Assembly (NCBI GenBank): GCA_039798945.1
Contig: JBDKFA010000352.1
Span: 6,262-70,261, forward strand
Direction of reading: 5' to 3'
From: Pseudomonadota bacterium
Lineage (GTDB): Bacteria > Pseudomonadota > Gammaproteobacteria > Burkholderiales > Burkholderiaceae_C
DNA: 64,000 nt
In this document: positions 9,363 through 19,306 of the stretch, in pieces
How positions within the stretch are numbered: the stretch's first letter is position 1
Layout: each line of letters begins with the position of its first letter
Translations under genes and position numbers: made by a program
Notes under the pieces: model-generated
Seen by the model: the letters and a program-made list of their open reading frames with translations, nothing else
Databases searched by the model: none
What the model was told of the DNA's origin: nothing

Positions 9363-10478
9363 ATGTCAGCCACTCCCCTGGAGCTGCCGCGCTGGGTCGA
9401 CCTCGTCGTGCTGCCCGCGGTCAACCTGGCGCTCGCGCTGCTCGTCTCCGGCCTCGTCGTGCTCGCAGCGGGGCTCGACCCGGTGGAAGTGGTGACGCTG
9501 CTGGTCAAGGGCGCCTTCGGCTCGAAGGCGGGGCTGAGCTACACGCTCTACTACGCCACCACCTTCGTCTTCACGGGCCTGGCGGTGGCGGTGGCGTTCC
9601 ACGCCGGGCTCTTCAACATCGGCGGGGAAGGCCAGGCCATCATGGGCGGTCTCGGGGCGGGGCTCGCCGCACTCGCGCTGGCCGAGCGGCTGCCAGCCTG
9701 GGCGATGCTGCCGCTGATGGTGCTCGCGGCGATGGCGTTCGGCCTGGCGTGGGCCGCGGTGCCGGCGGCGCTGCAGGCCTGGCGCGGCAGCCACGTCGTG
9801 ATCACGACGATCATGTTCAATTTCATCGCGAGCGCGGTGCTCGTCTACCTGCTCGTGGACGTGCTCAAGGAGCCGGGCAACATGTCGCCCGAGACGCGTG
9901 CCTTCGCGCCGAGCGCGCATCTGCCGGGCGTGCACACGGCGCTCGCCACGCTCGGCATCGAGTGGCCGCGCACGCCGCTGAACCTGAGCATCGTGCTGGC
10001 GGTGCTCGCCGCCGCCTTCGTCTGGGCGCTGCTGTGGCGCGCTGCACCGGGCTACGCGCTGCGCGGCACCGGGTTCTCGCCCCCAGCCGTGCAGTACGCA
10101 GGCATCTCGCCGCGTGCGCAGGTGATGGGGGCGATGATGCTGTCGGGCGCGCTGGCGGGCCTGGTGGGCATGAACGAGATCGCCGGCGTGCACCACCGGG
10201 TGCTCCTGGACTACACCGCCGGGGCGGGCTTTGCGGGCATCGCCGTCAGCCTCATCGGGCGCAACCACCCGGTGGGCATCGTGCTGGCCGCGCTGCTGTT
10301 CGGAGCGCTCTACCAGGGCGGGGCCGAGCTCGCCTTCGAGGTCAGCGGCTTCACGCGCGACATGGTCTTCACGCTGCAGGGGCTCGTGGTGCTGTTCGCC
10401 GGGGCGCTGGGCCAGGTGGCCGCGCCGACGCTCGCGCGGCTTTTCGCGCGTCGGCCCCGCGCTGCGGCGACAGCCTGA
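9363..10478 (+). CDS. Nucleoside ABC transporter permease
   Basis: Multi-TM; FHAGLFNIGGEGQ, SHVVITTIMFN, AGFAGIAVSLIGRNHP. Confidence 0.9.
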   Translation: MSATPLELPRWVDLVVLPAVNLALALLVSGLVVLAAGLDPVEVVTLLVKGAFGSKAGLSYTLYYATTFVFTGLAVAVAFHAGLFNIGGEGQAIMGGLGAGLAALALAERLPAWAMLPLMVLAAMAFGLAWAAVPAALQAWRGSHVVITTIMFNFIASAVLVYLLVDVLKEPGNMSPETRAFAPSAHLPGVHTALATLGIEWPRTPLNLSIVLAVLAAAFVWALLWRAAPGYALRGTGFSPPAVQYAGISPRAQVMGAMMLSGALAGLVGMNEIAGVHHRVLLDYTAGAGFAGIAVSLIGRNHPVGIVLAALLFGALYQGGAELAFEVSGFTRDMVFTLQGLVVLFAGALGQVAAPTLARLFARRPRAAATA

Positions 10479-10488
10479 GGGCACACCC

Positions 10489-11466
10489 ATGGACGAGACC
10501 TTCCTCGGCACGGTGCTCGCCTCCACGCTGCGCGTGTCCACGCCGCTGGTGCTCGGCGCGCTGGCGGGCTGCCTGAGCGAGCGCGCAGGCGTGATCGACA
10601 TGGGGCTGGAAGGCAAGATGCTGATGACGGCCTTCATCGCCGCCAGCGTCGGCGTGGCCACCGGCTCGCTCGGCCTCGCGCTGCTGGCCGCCGTGGCCAC
10701 CGGCGTGGCGCTGTCGATGCTGCAGGGCTATGCCTGCGTCACGCACCGCGGCGACCAGGTCGTCACCGGCATGGCGCTGACGATGACGGCCGCCGGGCTC
10801 ACGGTGGTTCTGGGCATCGCGTGGTTCGCGCAGGGCGGCCAGACGCCGCCCGTGCCCGAGGCGGTGCGGCTGGATGCCCACGGCCAGGCGCTGGGCGCGG
10901 CGCTCGAGCAGCTGCCGGTCATCGGGCGCACGCTGGCGCTGGCCTTCACCGGGCACAACCTGCTCGTCTACGGCGCGCTCGCGCTGGTGGCCGCCGTGTG
11001 GTGGCTGCTCTACCGCACGAGCCTCGGGCTGCGGCTGCGCGCCACCGGCGAGAATCCGGCCATGGTGGACGCTGCCGGCTTGTCGGTGACGGGTCTGCGC
11101 TACGGGGCGCTGGCGGGCAATGGCGTGCTGTGCGCGCTCGCAGGCGCCTACCTCGTGCTCGGCCTGAATGCGGCCTTCAACCCGCACATGACGGCCGGGC
11201 GCGGCTACATGGCGCTGGCCGCGATGATCTTCGGCAAGTGGCACCCGGTCGGGGCGCTCGCCGCGTGTCTGCTCTTCGGTTTCCTGGACGCGCTGTCGAT
11301 CCGCCTGCAGGGCGTGTCGATGCCCGAGGCCTGGGGTGGCGGCGCCGTGCCAGTGCAGGCCATCCAGGCGCTGCCCTACGTGCTCACGGTGGTGCTGCTG
11401 GCCGGCTTCTTCGGCCGCGCGCGCGCGCCGCGTGCGCTGGGCACGCCTTACGTGAAGGAACGGTGA
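10489..11466 (+). CDS. Nucleoside ABC transporter permease
   Basis: Multi-TM; SERAGVIDMGLEG, RATGENP, GRGYMALAAMIFGKW. Confidence 0.9.
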   Translation: MDETFLGTVLASTLRVSTPLVLGALAGCLSERAGVIDMGLEGKMLMTAFIAASVGVATGSLGLALLAAVATGVALSMLQGYACVTHRGDQVVTGMALTMTAAGLTVVLGIAWFAQGGQTPPVPEAVRLDAHGQALGAALEQLPVIGRTLALAFTGHNLLVYGALALVAAVWWLLYRTSLGLRLRATGENPAMVDAAGLSVTGLRYGALAGNGVLCALAGAYLVLGLNAAFNPHMTAGRGYMALAAMIFGKWHPVGALAACLLFGFLDALSIRLQGVSMPEAWGGGAVPVQAIQALPYVLTVVLLAGFFGRARAPRALGTPYVKER

Positions 11467-11473
11467 GGCGACG

Positions 11474-11920
11474 ATGAAGGAGCCCCGGATGCCTACACCC
11501 CTGGATGCCGCCGCCGAAACGCGGCTGATTGATGCGGCGCGCGCCGCGCGGTCGCGGGCCTACGCGCCGTATTCAGGCTTCCACGTGGGCGCCGCGCTGC
11601 TCGACGAGACGGGCCGCGTGCACGCGGGCTGCAACGTCGAGAACGCCGCCTACCCGCAAAGTCAGTGCGCGGAGGCCGGTGCGATCGCCGCCCTCGTGCT
11701 CGCCGGCGCGCGCCGCATCACGGCGGTGGCCGTGGTGGGCGAGGCCGCCGAGCCCGTGACGCCTTGCGGAGGCTGCCGGCAGCGGCTGCGCGAGTTCGCG
11801 GCCGATGGCACCCCCGTGCTCGTGGCCGATGCGAGCGGGCTGCGGCTGCGCACCACGCTTGGCGCGCTGCTGCCGCATGCCTTCGGGCCCGCGCACCTGG
11901 AACGCGAGGAGCCCGCGTGA
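11474..11920 (+). CDS. cdd: Cytidine deaminase (homotetrameric type)
   Basis: AYAPYSGFHVGAA, GCNVENAAY, CAE, PCGGCRQ zinc ligands. Confidence 0.93.
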   Translation: MKEPRMPTPLDAAAETRLIDAARAARSRAYAPYSGFHVGAALLDETGRVHAGCNVENAAYPQSQCAEAGAIAALVLAGARRITAVAVVGEAAEPVTPCGGCRQRLREFAADGTPVLVADASGLRLRTTLGALLPHAFGPAHLEREEPA

Positions 11921-12771
11921 GCGTGCAGGCAACGAGGCCCGCCGTACCTCCGGACAGCGCCGTGCAGGCGAGCGTCGCCCGGCTGCGCGCAGCGCTCGCC
12001 GGGCGGCCGCTGCCGCGCGTGGCCCTGCTGCTGGGCTCGGGCTGGGGCGCAGCAGCCGAGGCCGTCACCGATGGGGTAGACGTGGGCTACGCGGAGCTGC
12101 CCGGCTTTCCCGAGCCCGCCGTGGGTGGGCACACGGGGCGTGTGCGGCTGGGCCTGCTCGGCGCGCAGCCGGTGGCCGTGCTGCTCGGCCGCGCCCACGC
12201 CTACGAGACGGGCGAGGCGACCGCGATGGCATCAGCCGTGCGAACGGTGGCCGCGCTTGGCTGCCGCGTGCTCGTGCAGACCAATGCTGCAGGCAGCCTG
12301 GACACCACGATGCCACCCGGGCGCATCATGGTGCTCAGCGACCACCTGAACCTGCCGCAGCGCTCGCCGCTCGTGGCCGTGCGCGACGACAGCCGCTTCG
12401 TCGACCTGCGCGATGCCTACGACCCCGCGCTGCGCGCGCACGCGCAACGCTGCGCACAAGGCCTCGGGCTGCCGCTGCACGAAGGCGTCTACGCCTGGGT
12501 CATGGGCCCGCAGTTCGAGACGCCCGCGGAGATCCGCATGCTGCGCCTGCTGGGCGCGGACGCGGTGGGCATGAGCACCGTGCCGGAGACGATCCTCGCG
12601 CGCCACGCCGGGTTGCGGGTGCTGGCGCTGTCGCTCGTCACGAACCTCGCCTGCGGGCTCGGCGAGGAGGGGCTCAGCCACGGCCACACGCTGGCCTCGG
12701 CGGCGCGGGCTGCGCAGGACGCGAGCCGGCTGCTGCAGGCGATCGTCGCCGGCATCGAGCTGCACCCCTGA
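11917..12771 (+). CDS. Purine nucleoside phosphorylase (trimeric PunA/XapA type)
   Basis: LLGSGWG, GRAHAYE, TNAAGS, GPQFETPAE, VGMSTVPE, VTNLA. GTG overlaps the cdd stop. Confidence 0.92.
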   Translation: MSVQATRPAVPPDSAVQASVARLRAALAGRPLPRVALLLGSGWGAAAEAVTDGVDVGYAELPGFPEPAVGGHTGRVRLGLLGAQPVAVLLGRAHAYETGEATAMASAVRTVAALGCRVLVQTNAAGSLDTTMPPGRIMVLSDHLNLPQRSPLVAVRDDSRFVDLRDAYDPALRAHAQRCAQGLGLPLHEGVYAWVMGPQFETPAEIRMLRLLGADAVGMSTVPETILARHAGLRVLALSLVTNLACGLGEEGLSHGHTLASAARAAQDASRLLQAIVAGIELHP

Positions 12772-12814
12772 CCGCCCCGGACACGCCTCGAGCAGCCGCA
12801 ATTTCGCCCTCGTT

Positions 12815-12838
12815 GCCGCATCCGTCGCCGCATCCGTC
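12815..12838 (+). repeat. 12-bp direct repeat x2 just upstream of deoC
   Basis: gccgcatccgtc gccgcatccgtc. Confidence 0.6.
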
Positions 12839-12847
12839 GCCGCCACC

Positions 12848-13681
12848 ATGACCTCACCCACCGACTCGGCGCCCGCGCCCGCGATGCCCGCGGCCCCTGC
12901 CGCGCGCACCGCGCTCGCCTGCCTGGACCTCACCAGCCTGAACGACGCCGACACCGAAGCCGACATTGCCAGGCTATGCGCGCGCGCGCGGGGCCGCTTT
13001 GGCACACCGGCGGCCGTGTGCGTGTGGCCGCGGCTGGCGGCCTTCGCCCGGCGTGAGGCGCCGCCGGAGGTGGCGGTGGCCGCGGTGGCGAACTTCCCCG
13101 ACGGCAGCCTGGACGTCGCGCGCACCGTGCGCGAGGTGGGCGAGATCGTGCAGGCCGGCGCCCAGGAAGTCGACGTGGTGCTGCCCTGGGGTGCGCTGCG
13201 CGAGGGCGATGAGCGCGGCTGCGCGGCCGTGCTCGAAGCCGCCCGGCGCGCGAGCGCCGGGCTCGTGTTGAAGGTGATCCTCGAGTCGGGGGAACTCGCC
13301 GCGCCCGCCCTCGTACGCCGCGCCGGCGAACTGGCCCTGGATGCAGGCGCCGACTTCCTCAAGACGAGCACCGGCAAGACGCGCCAAGGCGCGAGCCCGC
13401 AGGCGGCGCGCACGATGCTCGAGCTGATCGCCGACCGTGGCGGCAAGCGTGGCGGTACGGCCGGCTTCAAGGCCTCGGGCGGCGTGCGCACGGTCGCTGA
13501 TGCGGCGCTGTACATCGGCCTCGTCGCGAGCCTGCTCGGCCCCGAGGCGGTGTCACCCCGGCGGCTGCGCATCGGCGCGAGCAGCCTGCTCGACGACATC
13601 GAGGCGGTGCTGGCTTGGCCGGAGACCCTCGGGACTGCGCCCGCCGGGCAGCGGCCGGGGTCGGCCGCGGGCACCTACTGA
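12848..13681 (+). CDS. deoC: Deoxyribose-phosphate aldolase
   Basis: LDLTSLN, LKVILESGEL, DFLKTSTGK, GFKASGGVR, RIGASSLL. Confidence 0.95.
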   Translation: MTSPTDSAPAPAMPAAPAARTALACLDLTSLNDADTEADIARLCARARGRFGTPAAVCVWPRLAAFARREAPPEVAVAAVANFPDGSLDVARTVREVGEIVQAGAQEVDVVLPWGALREGDERGCAAVLEAARRASAGLVLKVILESGELAAPALVRRAGELALDAGADFLKTSTGKTRQGASPQAARTMLELIADRGGKRGGTAGFKASGGVRTVADAALYIGLVASLLGPEAVSPRRLRIGASSLLDDIEAVLAWPETLGTAPAGQRPGSAAGTY

Positions 13682-13685
13682 CGCC

Positions 13686-13730
13686 GGTCCTCTCGGTCCT
13701 CTCGGTCCTATTGGTCCTCTCGGTACTCGA
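13686..13730 (+). repeat. Intergenic 9-bp tandem repeat (ggtcctctc) x5, degenerate
   Basis: ggtcctctc ggtcctctc ggtcctatt ggtcctctc ggtactcga. Confidence 0.75.
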
Positions 13731-13851
13731 TCACCCCAGCGCGTCAGCTCGCCCCCGATCCACCCACTGCACAGTGAGTTGCGCCGACCCCGTACACCCG
13801 GCTCAACCCCTCCCTCCCCCCTTCTTCCATTTGCCCCAGGAGCGCTTGTCG

Positions 13852-15693
13852 ATGCGCACACCCGCTGCCCCCGAACTCCTCCCGCCCACCCCCAGGCGAC
13901 CGGCCTGGCGCCTGCCCGCCCTCGCCGCAGCCGCCGTGGCGGCTGCGTGGCTGGCGGGCTGCGCCTCGGCACCCCAGGGGCCGGCTGCAGCCTCGGGCGC
14001 CGCCACCCCGGTCACGGTGCGGCTGATCGCCTTCAACGACCTGCACGGCAACCTCGAGAGCACCGGGCTTTCGCTGCCGTGGCCCGACCCCTCGGACCTG
14101 CGCAAAACAGCACGCCTGGCGGCCGGGGGTGCCGCACACCTGGCCGGCCTCGTGCAGGCACTGCGCAGCGGGGCCACGCACCACGTGGTGGTCAGCAGCG
14201 GCGACATGATCGGCGCCACGCCGCTCGTCTCGGCGCTCTTCCTGCACGAGAGCACGGTCGACATCGCCAACCGCATCGGCGTGGACCTCGCCATCCCCGG
14301 CAACCACGAGTTCGACGCCGGCACCGCGGAACTGCAGCGGGTGCTGCGCGGCGGCTGCACCGAGACCCGCGCCGAGGCTGCGACGGTGTCGTGCCCGCTC
14401 GGGCGCCACGAGGGCGCGAAGTTCCCGATGTTCGCAGCCAACGTGGTGAAGGCCGAGGGCGGCACGCTCTTTCCGGCCTCGGTGGTGCGCGAGTTCGGCG
14501 GCATCCGCGTGGGCTTCATCGGTGCGGTGACGAAGATCACGCCCTCCATCGTCGTGCCCTCGGGGGTGGCGGGGCTGCGCTTCATCGACGAGGCGCAGGC
14601 CATCAACGCAGAGGCCGCGCGGCTGAAGGCGCAGGGCGTGGAAGCGATGGTGGCCGTCATTCACGAAGGCGGGGACACCGGTACGCCGGGCCTGCCGCTG
14701 GAATGGAACGACGCCGGCTGCCCGAACCCGCGCGGGGAGATCTTCGACATCGTCAAGCGCCTCACGCCGGACGTGGACCTCGTGCTGTCGGCCCACACCC
14801 ACCAGGGCTACCGCTGCGTCATCGACGGGCGCGCGGTGATGCAGGCCACCGCGCTCGGGCGTGGCGTGAGCGTGGCCGACATCGTGCTCGACCCGAAGAC
14901 ACGCGACGTGGACCGCGCGCGCACCCAGCACCGCAACCTGCCCGTCTTCAACGAGCGCAGCGACCCCGCGCTGCGCGAGGCCATCATCGCCGCCGAGCCG
15001 CAGCCCTGGCAGCAGGCGTTGCGTGCGGCCCAACCCTCGGCTGCGGTCGCGCAGCGCGTGGCCGAGTACGTGGCCGCTGCCGCGCCGCGCGCGCAGCGTC
15101 CGGTCGGGCGGATCGCCGGCAACTTCGACCGCAGCTCGCGCAGCGACGCGAGCGCGGGACGCCTCGTGGCCGACGCGCAGTGGGCCGCCACGCGCGCCCC
15201 CGAGCGCGGCGGCGCACAGTTCGCGCTGATGAACCCCGGCGGCGTGCGCACCGACCTGCGCTGCACGGCCGCACCCCCGTGCACCGTCACCTACGGCGAG
15301 CTCTTCGCGATGCAGCCTTTCGGCAACAGCCTCGTCGTCATGACGCTCACCGGCGCGCAGATTCGCCAGATGCTGGAGGACCAACAGCCCCCGGGGCGCG
15401 AACGGCCCTACTTCCTCATCCCCTCTTCCTCGCTCACCTACCGCTGGAGCACGGGGGCGCCACATGGCCAGCGCGTGCAGGAGCTGCGCCTGGACGGGCA
15501 GCCGCTGGAGCCCGCGCGCGAGTACCGATTCACCGTCAACAGCTTCCTGGCCGAAGGCGGCGACGGGGTGCGCATGCTGGCCAACGGTCGCCAGCGCCTG
15601 GGCGGCCCCCAGGACGTAGACGCGTTGATGGACTATCTGGCGGCGCGCACGGCCGCACCCGAGCGCACGCCGCGCATCACGCTGGTGGATTGA
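13852..15693 (+). CDS. Bifunctional metallophosphatase/5'-nucleotidase, lipoprotein
   Basis: FNDLHG, SGDMIG, GNHEFD, SAHTH; C-terminal NPGGVRTDL and QPFGN; lipobox LAGC. Confidence 0.92.
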   Translation: MRTPAAPELLPPTPRRPAWRLPALAAAAVAAAWLAGCASAPQGPAAASGAATPVTVRLIAFNDLHGNLESTGLSLPWPDPSDLRKTARLAAGGAAHLAGLVQALRSGATHHVVVSSGDMIGATPLVSALFLHESTVDIANRIGVDLAIPGNHEFDAGTAELQRVLRGGCTETRAEAATVSCPLGRHEGAKFPMFAANVVKAEGGTLFPASVVREFGGIRVGFIGAVTKITPSIVVPSGVAGLRFIDEAQAINAEAARLKAQGVEAMVAVIHEGGDTGTPGLPLEWNDAGCPNPRGEIFDIVKRLTPDVDLVLSAHTHQGYRCVIDGRAVMQATALGRGVSVADIVLDPKTRDVDRARTQHRNLPVFNERSDPALREAIIAAEPQPWQQALRAAQPSAAVAQRVAEYVAAAAPRAQRPVGRIAGNFDRSSRSDASAGRLVADAQWAATRAPERGGAQFALMNPGGVRTDLRCTAAPPCTVTYGELFAMQPFGNSLVVMTLTGAQIRQMLEDQQPPGRERPYFLIPSSSLTYRWSTGAPHGQRVQELRLDGQPLEPAREYRFTVNSFLAEGGDGVRMLANGRQRLGGPQDVDALMDYLAARTAAPERTPRITLVD

Positions 15694-15755
15694 GCGCGCG
15701 CCCGTGGCGCGCTCGATGACCACAACCGGCCGGCACCGCAGGCGCGGCCCTGGCG

Positions 15756-16535
15756 CTACAGCCCGATGCCGTACCAGCCCAGGCCCACCCCCACCGCGCG
15801 TGGGCTGCCGCGCTCGCGCGCGAGCGTGAGGTCGAGCCCGAGCCGCTCGGGGATCAGCCAGCACCGCGCCCCACCCGCCAGCCGCAGGCCGCCGAAAGCC
15901 TCGCGCCGGCCACTCGACTGGGCTTCGGCGAACACGAGCCAGTCGGCCCCGGGTGTCCAGGCGGCAGCCACGCCCGCCAGCCAGGTCGACGTGTGCTGCA
16001 CGGGTGCCACGGCCCGCGCCCGCCCGACCCCGACGTTCAGGTGCCAGGCGAGAGTCGGGGCCGGCCGCAGCGAGGCCAGCGCGAGCAGCGTGGAATCGGC
16101 GTGCCGCCACGCGCGCCCGGTACCCGCCCCCGCAGGCCGCTCCAGGCCGGCAGCGAACTTCAGCCCGAAGCCGGCCTCGCCAAGCGGGGTGTCGAGCCGC
16201 CAGGCCTCGGGCACCCACTTCAGTGAGGCCCCTGCCGTGGCGCGCAGTCCCTCCACCGGGCGCGGCCAGGTGCCTTCGGCGCCCAGCTCCAGCCCCCCAG
16301 GCAGGCCGCAGGCCGGTGCCAGCACCGTGTCGCGCGCGCCACGGGCACGGTCCTGCCAGGCCTCGAGCTGGCAGCTTCCCGGCTCGGCTATGGCCGCATC
16401 ATCGGTGGCAAGCGGGCGGCCCGCATGCACAGCGGGCAGCGCCAGAGCCGCCGCGAGCACCGCCAGCCAGCCCCTCGCCGGGAGCACGGGCCGGGAATCG
16501 GTGCGCCTGCCCAGGCGTGAGAGGCGAGCCGTCAT
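15756..16535 (-). CDS. Exported hypothetical protein, possible outer-membrane beta-barrel
   Basis: Real gene is the C-terminal part of the 1462-aa ORF. ATG 16535 overlaps the MFS stop; signal peptide then AGRPLATDDA; alternating amphipathic strands; ends GLGWYGIGL. Confidence 0.6.
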   Translation of the reverse strand: MTARLSRLGRRTDSRPVLPARGWLAVLAAALALPAVHAGRPLATDDAAIAEPGSCQLEAWQDRARGARDTVLAPACGLPGGLELGAEGTWPRPVEGLRATAGASLKWVPEAWRLDTPLGEAGFGLKFAAGLERPAGAGTGRAWRHADSTLLALASLRPAPTLAWHLNVGVGRARAVAPVQHTSTWLAGVAAAWTPGADWLVFAEAQSSGRREAFGGLRLAGGARCWLIPERLGLDLTLARERGSPRAVGVGLGWYGIGL

Positions 16536-17743
16536 CGGCTGGTGTGTGCCAGCAGCGGGCGCTGGGCCCAGGCGATGAGCGCGCCCATGGCGAGCAGCGC
16601 TGCCGAGAGGGCCAGCCCCATCCGCAGCCCGCCCGCCCCGTCGGCCAGCGCCCCCACCAGGCTCGGGCCGATGATCTGCCCGCCGGCAAAGACGATCGTG
16701 AACAGCGAGATGCCCGCCGGCCAGTGCACCGGCTCGAGGTTGTGCCGCACCATCGCGGTGGTGGAGGCCACCACCGACAGGAAGACGGCGCCGAACAGGG
16801 CACCGGAAGCAAAGGCCGCCACCGGGTGTCCGAACGCCACCGGCAGTGCGGTCGCAACAGCCAGCAGCGCATTGAGCACCGCCAGCGCACCACCCCCGCG
16901 TGCACGCTGAAGCAGCCTGGCCCACAGCCACGGCGAGGCCATCACGCCCAGGCCGAGCAGCGCATAGAAGGCCGCCACCGTCCCGGAGGCGAGACCCTGC
17001 TCGCGCAGCAGCGTGACGATGAAGGTCATGTAGCCGATGTAGCCCAGGCCGAAGCAGCCGTAGCCGGCGAGCCCGGCGGCCAGCCCGCGCCGGTCGAAGC
17101 GCGCCTGCCCGGGCGCCGCAGCAGGCGGGACAGGCGGGTGCCAGCGGCGCATGCCCAGCGCCATCGGGACGCAGGCGGCCAGCGCGAGCGTCGCCAGTGC
17201 GAGCCAGCCGGCCTGCCAGGGTGCAGCCCAGGCGAAGGTGCCCTCCAGCAGCACCGGCAGCACCCACGCGCAGGCGACGATCCCGAGCCCCGTCCCGCCG
17301 TAGTACAGCCCCAGCACGAGGCCGCTGGAGACGCGACCCTCCACCCCCGGTTCCGCCGATAGCCGCGCCGCGAGCAGGCCGCCGCTGACGAACACCGCGG
17401 CACTCGCCACTCCCGCCGCCAGGCGCAGCGCAGCCAGCAGGCCGTCGTGCGCCGTCAGCCCGTGCAGCGCCAGCACGGCCGCCGCGGCGACACCTCCGCC
17501 CACGAGCGCCTGCTGGGCTGCACGAGCCCCGCGCCAGCGCAGCCAGGCCGGCAGCAGCAGCGCCCCGATCAGGTAGCCCGCGGCATTGAGCGTGTTCATC
17601 GCCCCGGCCGTGAAGTAGCTCCAGCCCAGGTCCGCGCGCATCGGCGGCAGCAGCAAGGCATAGGAAAAGCGCGCCAGGCCGAGCGAGACGGCCGCCCCGA
17701 GCGCGAGCGCCAAGGCGGTGCGGATGGCCAGGGCCGGGGTCAT
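16532..17743 (-). CDS. YbfB/YjiJ-family MFS transporter
   Basis: About 12 TM segments; LGLARFSYALLLPPMRADLGWSY, GYIGYMTF, GQIIGP. Confidence 0.85.
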   Translation of the reverse strand: MTPALAIRTALALALGAAVSLGLARFSYALLLPPMRADLGWSYFTAGAMNTLNAAGYLIGALLLPAWLRWRGARAAQQALVGGGVAAAAVLALHGLTAHDGLLAALRLAAGVASAAVFVSGGLLAARLSAEPGVEGRVSSGLVLGLYYGGTGLGIVACAWVLPVLLEGTFAWAAPWQAGWLALATLALAACVPMALGMRRWHPPVPPAAAPGQARFDRRGLAAGLAGYGCFGLGYIGYMTFIVTLLREQGLASGTVAAFYALLGLGVMASPWLWARLLQRARGGGALAVLNALLAVATALPVAFGHPVAAFASGALFGAVFLSVVASTTAMVRHNLEPVHWPAGISLFTIVFAGGQIIGPSLVGALADGAGGLRMGLALSAALLAMGALIAWAQRPLLAHTSR

Positions 17744-17876
17744 CGCGTGAGGGTACTGCAACGCACCGGCCGAAGGGTCCGAAAACACCTGCCAACGACA
17801 TCGGCCGACGCGGCACGCCGGCCCGAGGCGGCTCGCCTGCGCGCCCTTGTGGCATGCTGGTCCGCTCGAGGCGCCC

Positions 17877-19253
17877 ATGACCCTGCCCCAGGAACTCATC
17901 CGCAAGAAGCGCGACGGCCAGGCGCTGACGCCACCGGAGATCGAGGCCTTCGTGCGCGGGCTGGTCGATGGCGCGGACGACCCGCAGGCAGGCTTCAGCG
18001 ACGCGCAGTGCGGCGCGATGGCCATGGCCATCGTGCTGCGCGGCATGGACACGGCCGAGACGGCCGCGCTCACGCACGCGATGACGCACTCGGGCGAGGT
18101 GCTCGACTGGCGCACGAGCGGGCTGGCGGGCCCGATCCTCGACAAGCATTCCACGGGTGGCGTGGGCGACAAGGTGAGCCTGATGCTCGCCCCGATCCTG
18201 GCTGCCTGCGGTGCGGTGGTGCCGATGGTCAGCGGGCGCGGCCTGGGCCACACCGGCGGCACGCTCGACAAGCTCGAGGCGCTGCCCGGCTATGCCGTGA
18301 ACCCGCCGTACGCGCAGATGCTCGCCGCGCTGCGCTCGGCCGGCTGCGCGATCGTCGGCGCGAGCCCGCGCCTGGCCCCGGCCGACCGTCGGCTCTACGC
18401 CATCCGCGACGTCACGGCCACGGTCGAGAGCCTGCCGCTGATCACCGCAAGCATCCTCAGCAAGAAGCTCGCCGCGGGGCTTGGCAGCCTCGTGATGGAC
18501 GTCAAGGTGGGCAGCGGCGCCGTGATGACGAGCCTGGAAGACGCGCGGGCGCTGGCCGCGAGCCTCGTGCGCGTGGCCCGCGCCGCGGGCCTGCCGACGG
18601 TGGCCCTCATCACCGACATGAGCCAGGTGCTCGGCTCGACCGCCGGCAACGCGCTGGAAGTGGCCGAGGCGCTGGCTTTCCTCACGGGCCGGTGGCCCGC
18701 GGGATGGCCCCGCCCGGCCGGGGGCGAGGCAGACCCGGTGCGCGACCCGCGGCTGTTGACGCTCACGCTCGCGCTGGCCGCCGAGGCGCTCGTGCTCGGC
18801 GGCCTGGAGTCCGGCTACGAGACCGCCCACGAGCGGGCACGGCGCGCGCTGGAGGACGGTGCCGCGGCCGAACGCTTCGCCCGCATGGTGGCCGCACTCG
18901 GAGGTCCGGCCGACGTGCTGCGCGCCCCAGGCCTGCCGGCCGCCCCGGTGCTCCGGCCCGTCCCCGCTTCCCGCGCGGGAGTGCTCGCGACGCTGGACGC
19001 GCGCGCGCTCGGCGTGGCGGTCGTCGCCCTGGGCGGCGGGCGCACGCGCCCGGCTGCGGCCATCGACCCGCGCGTGGGGCTGAGCGGGGTGCGCGCGCTC
19101 GGCACGCGCGTGCGGGCCGGCGAGCCGCTTGCGTGGGTGCACGCGGCCGATGCCGCCGCGGCCGAGGCGGCGGTGGCGGCGGTGAGCGGTGCATGCACGA
19201 TCGCCGAGGGGGCCCCCACGCCACCGCCGGTGCTGCGCGGACGCCTCGCCTGA
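17877..19253 (+). CDS. deoA: Thymidine/pyrimidine nucleoside phosphorylase
   Basis: ELIRKKRDG, DKHSTGGVGDKVS, SGRGLGHTGGTLDKLE, RDVTATV, SILSKKLA, GNALEV. Confidence 0.95.
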   Translation: MTLPQELIRKKRDGQALTPPEIEAFVRGLVDGADDPQAGFSDAQCGAMAMAIVLRGMDTAETAALTHAMTHSGEVLDWRTSGLAGPILDKHSTGGVGDKVSLMLAPILAACGAVVPMVSGRGLGHTGGTLDKLEALPGYAVNPPYAQMLAALRSAGCAIVGASPRLAPADRRLYAIRDVTATVESLPLITASILSKKLAAGLGSLVMDVKVGSGAVMTSLEDARALAASLVRVARAAGLPTVALITDMSQVLGSTAGNALEVAEALAFLTGRWPAGWPRPAGGEADPVRDPRLLTLTLALAAEALVLGGLESGYETAHERARRALEDGAAAERFARMVAALGGPADVLRAPGLPAAPVLRPVPASRAGVLATLDARALGVAVVALGGGRTRPAAAIDPRVGLSGVRALGTRVRAGEPLAWVHAADAAAAEAAVAAVSGACTIAEGAPTPPPVLRGRLA

Positions 19254-19306
19254 GCGCCCGCAGCAGCGGGGCGCCCCCGCCCCCCCACCACCTGCCCGCA
19301 CCCGGC

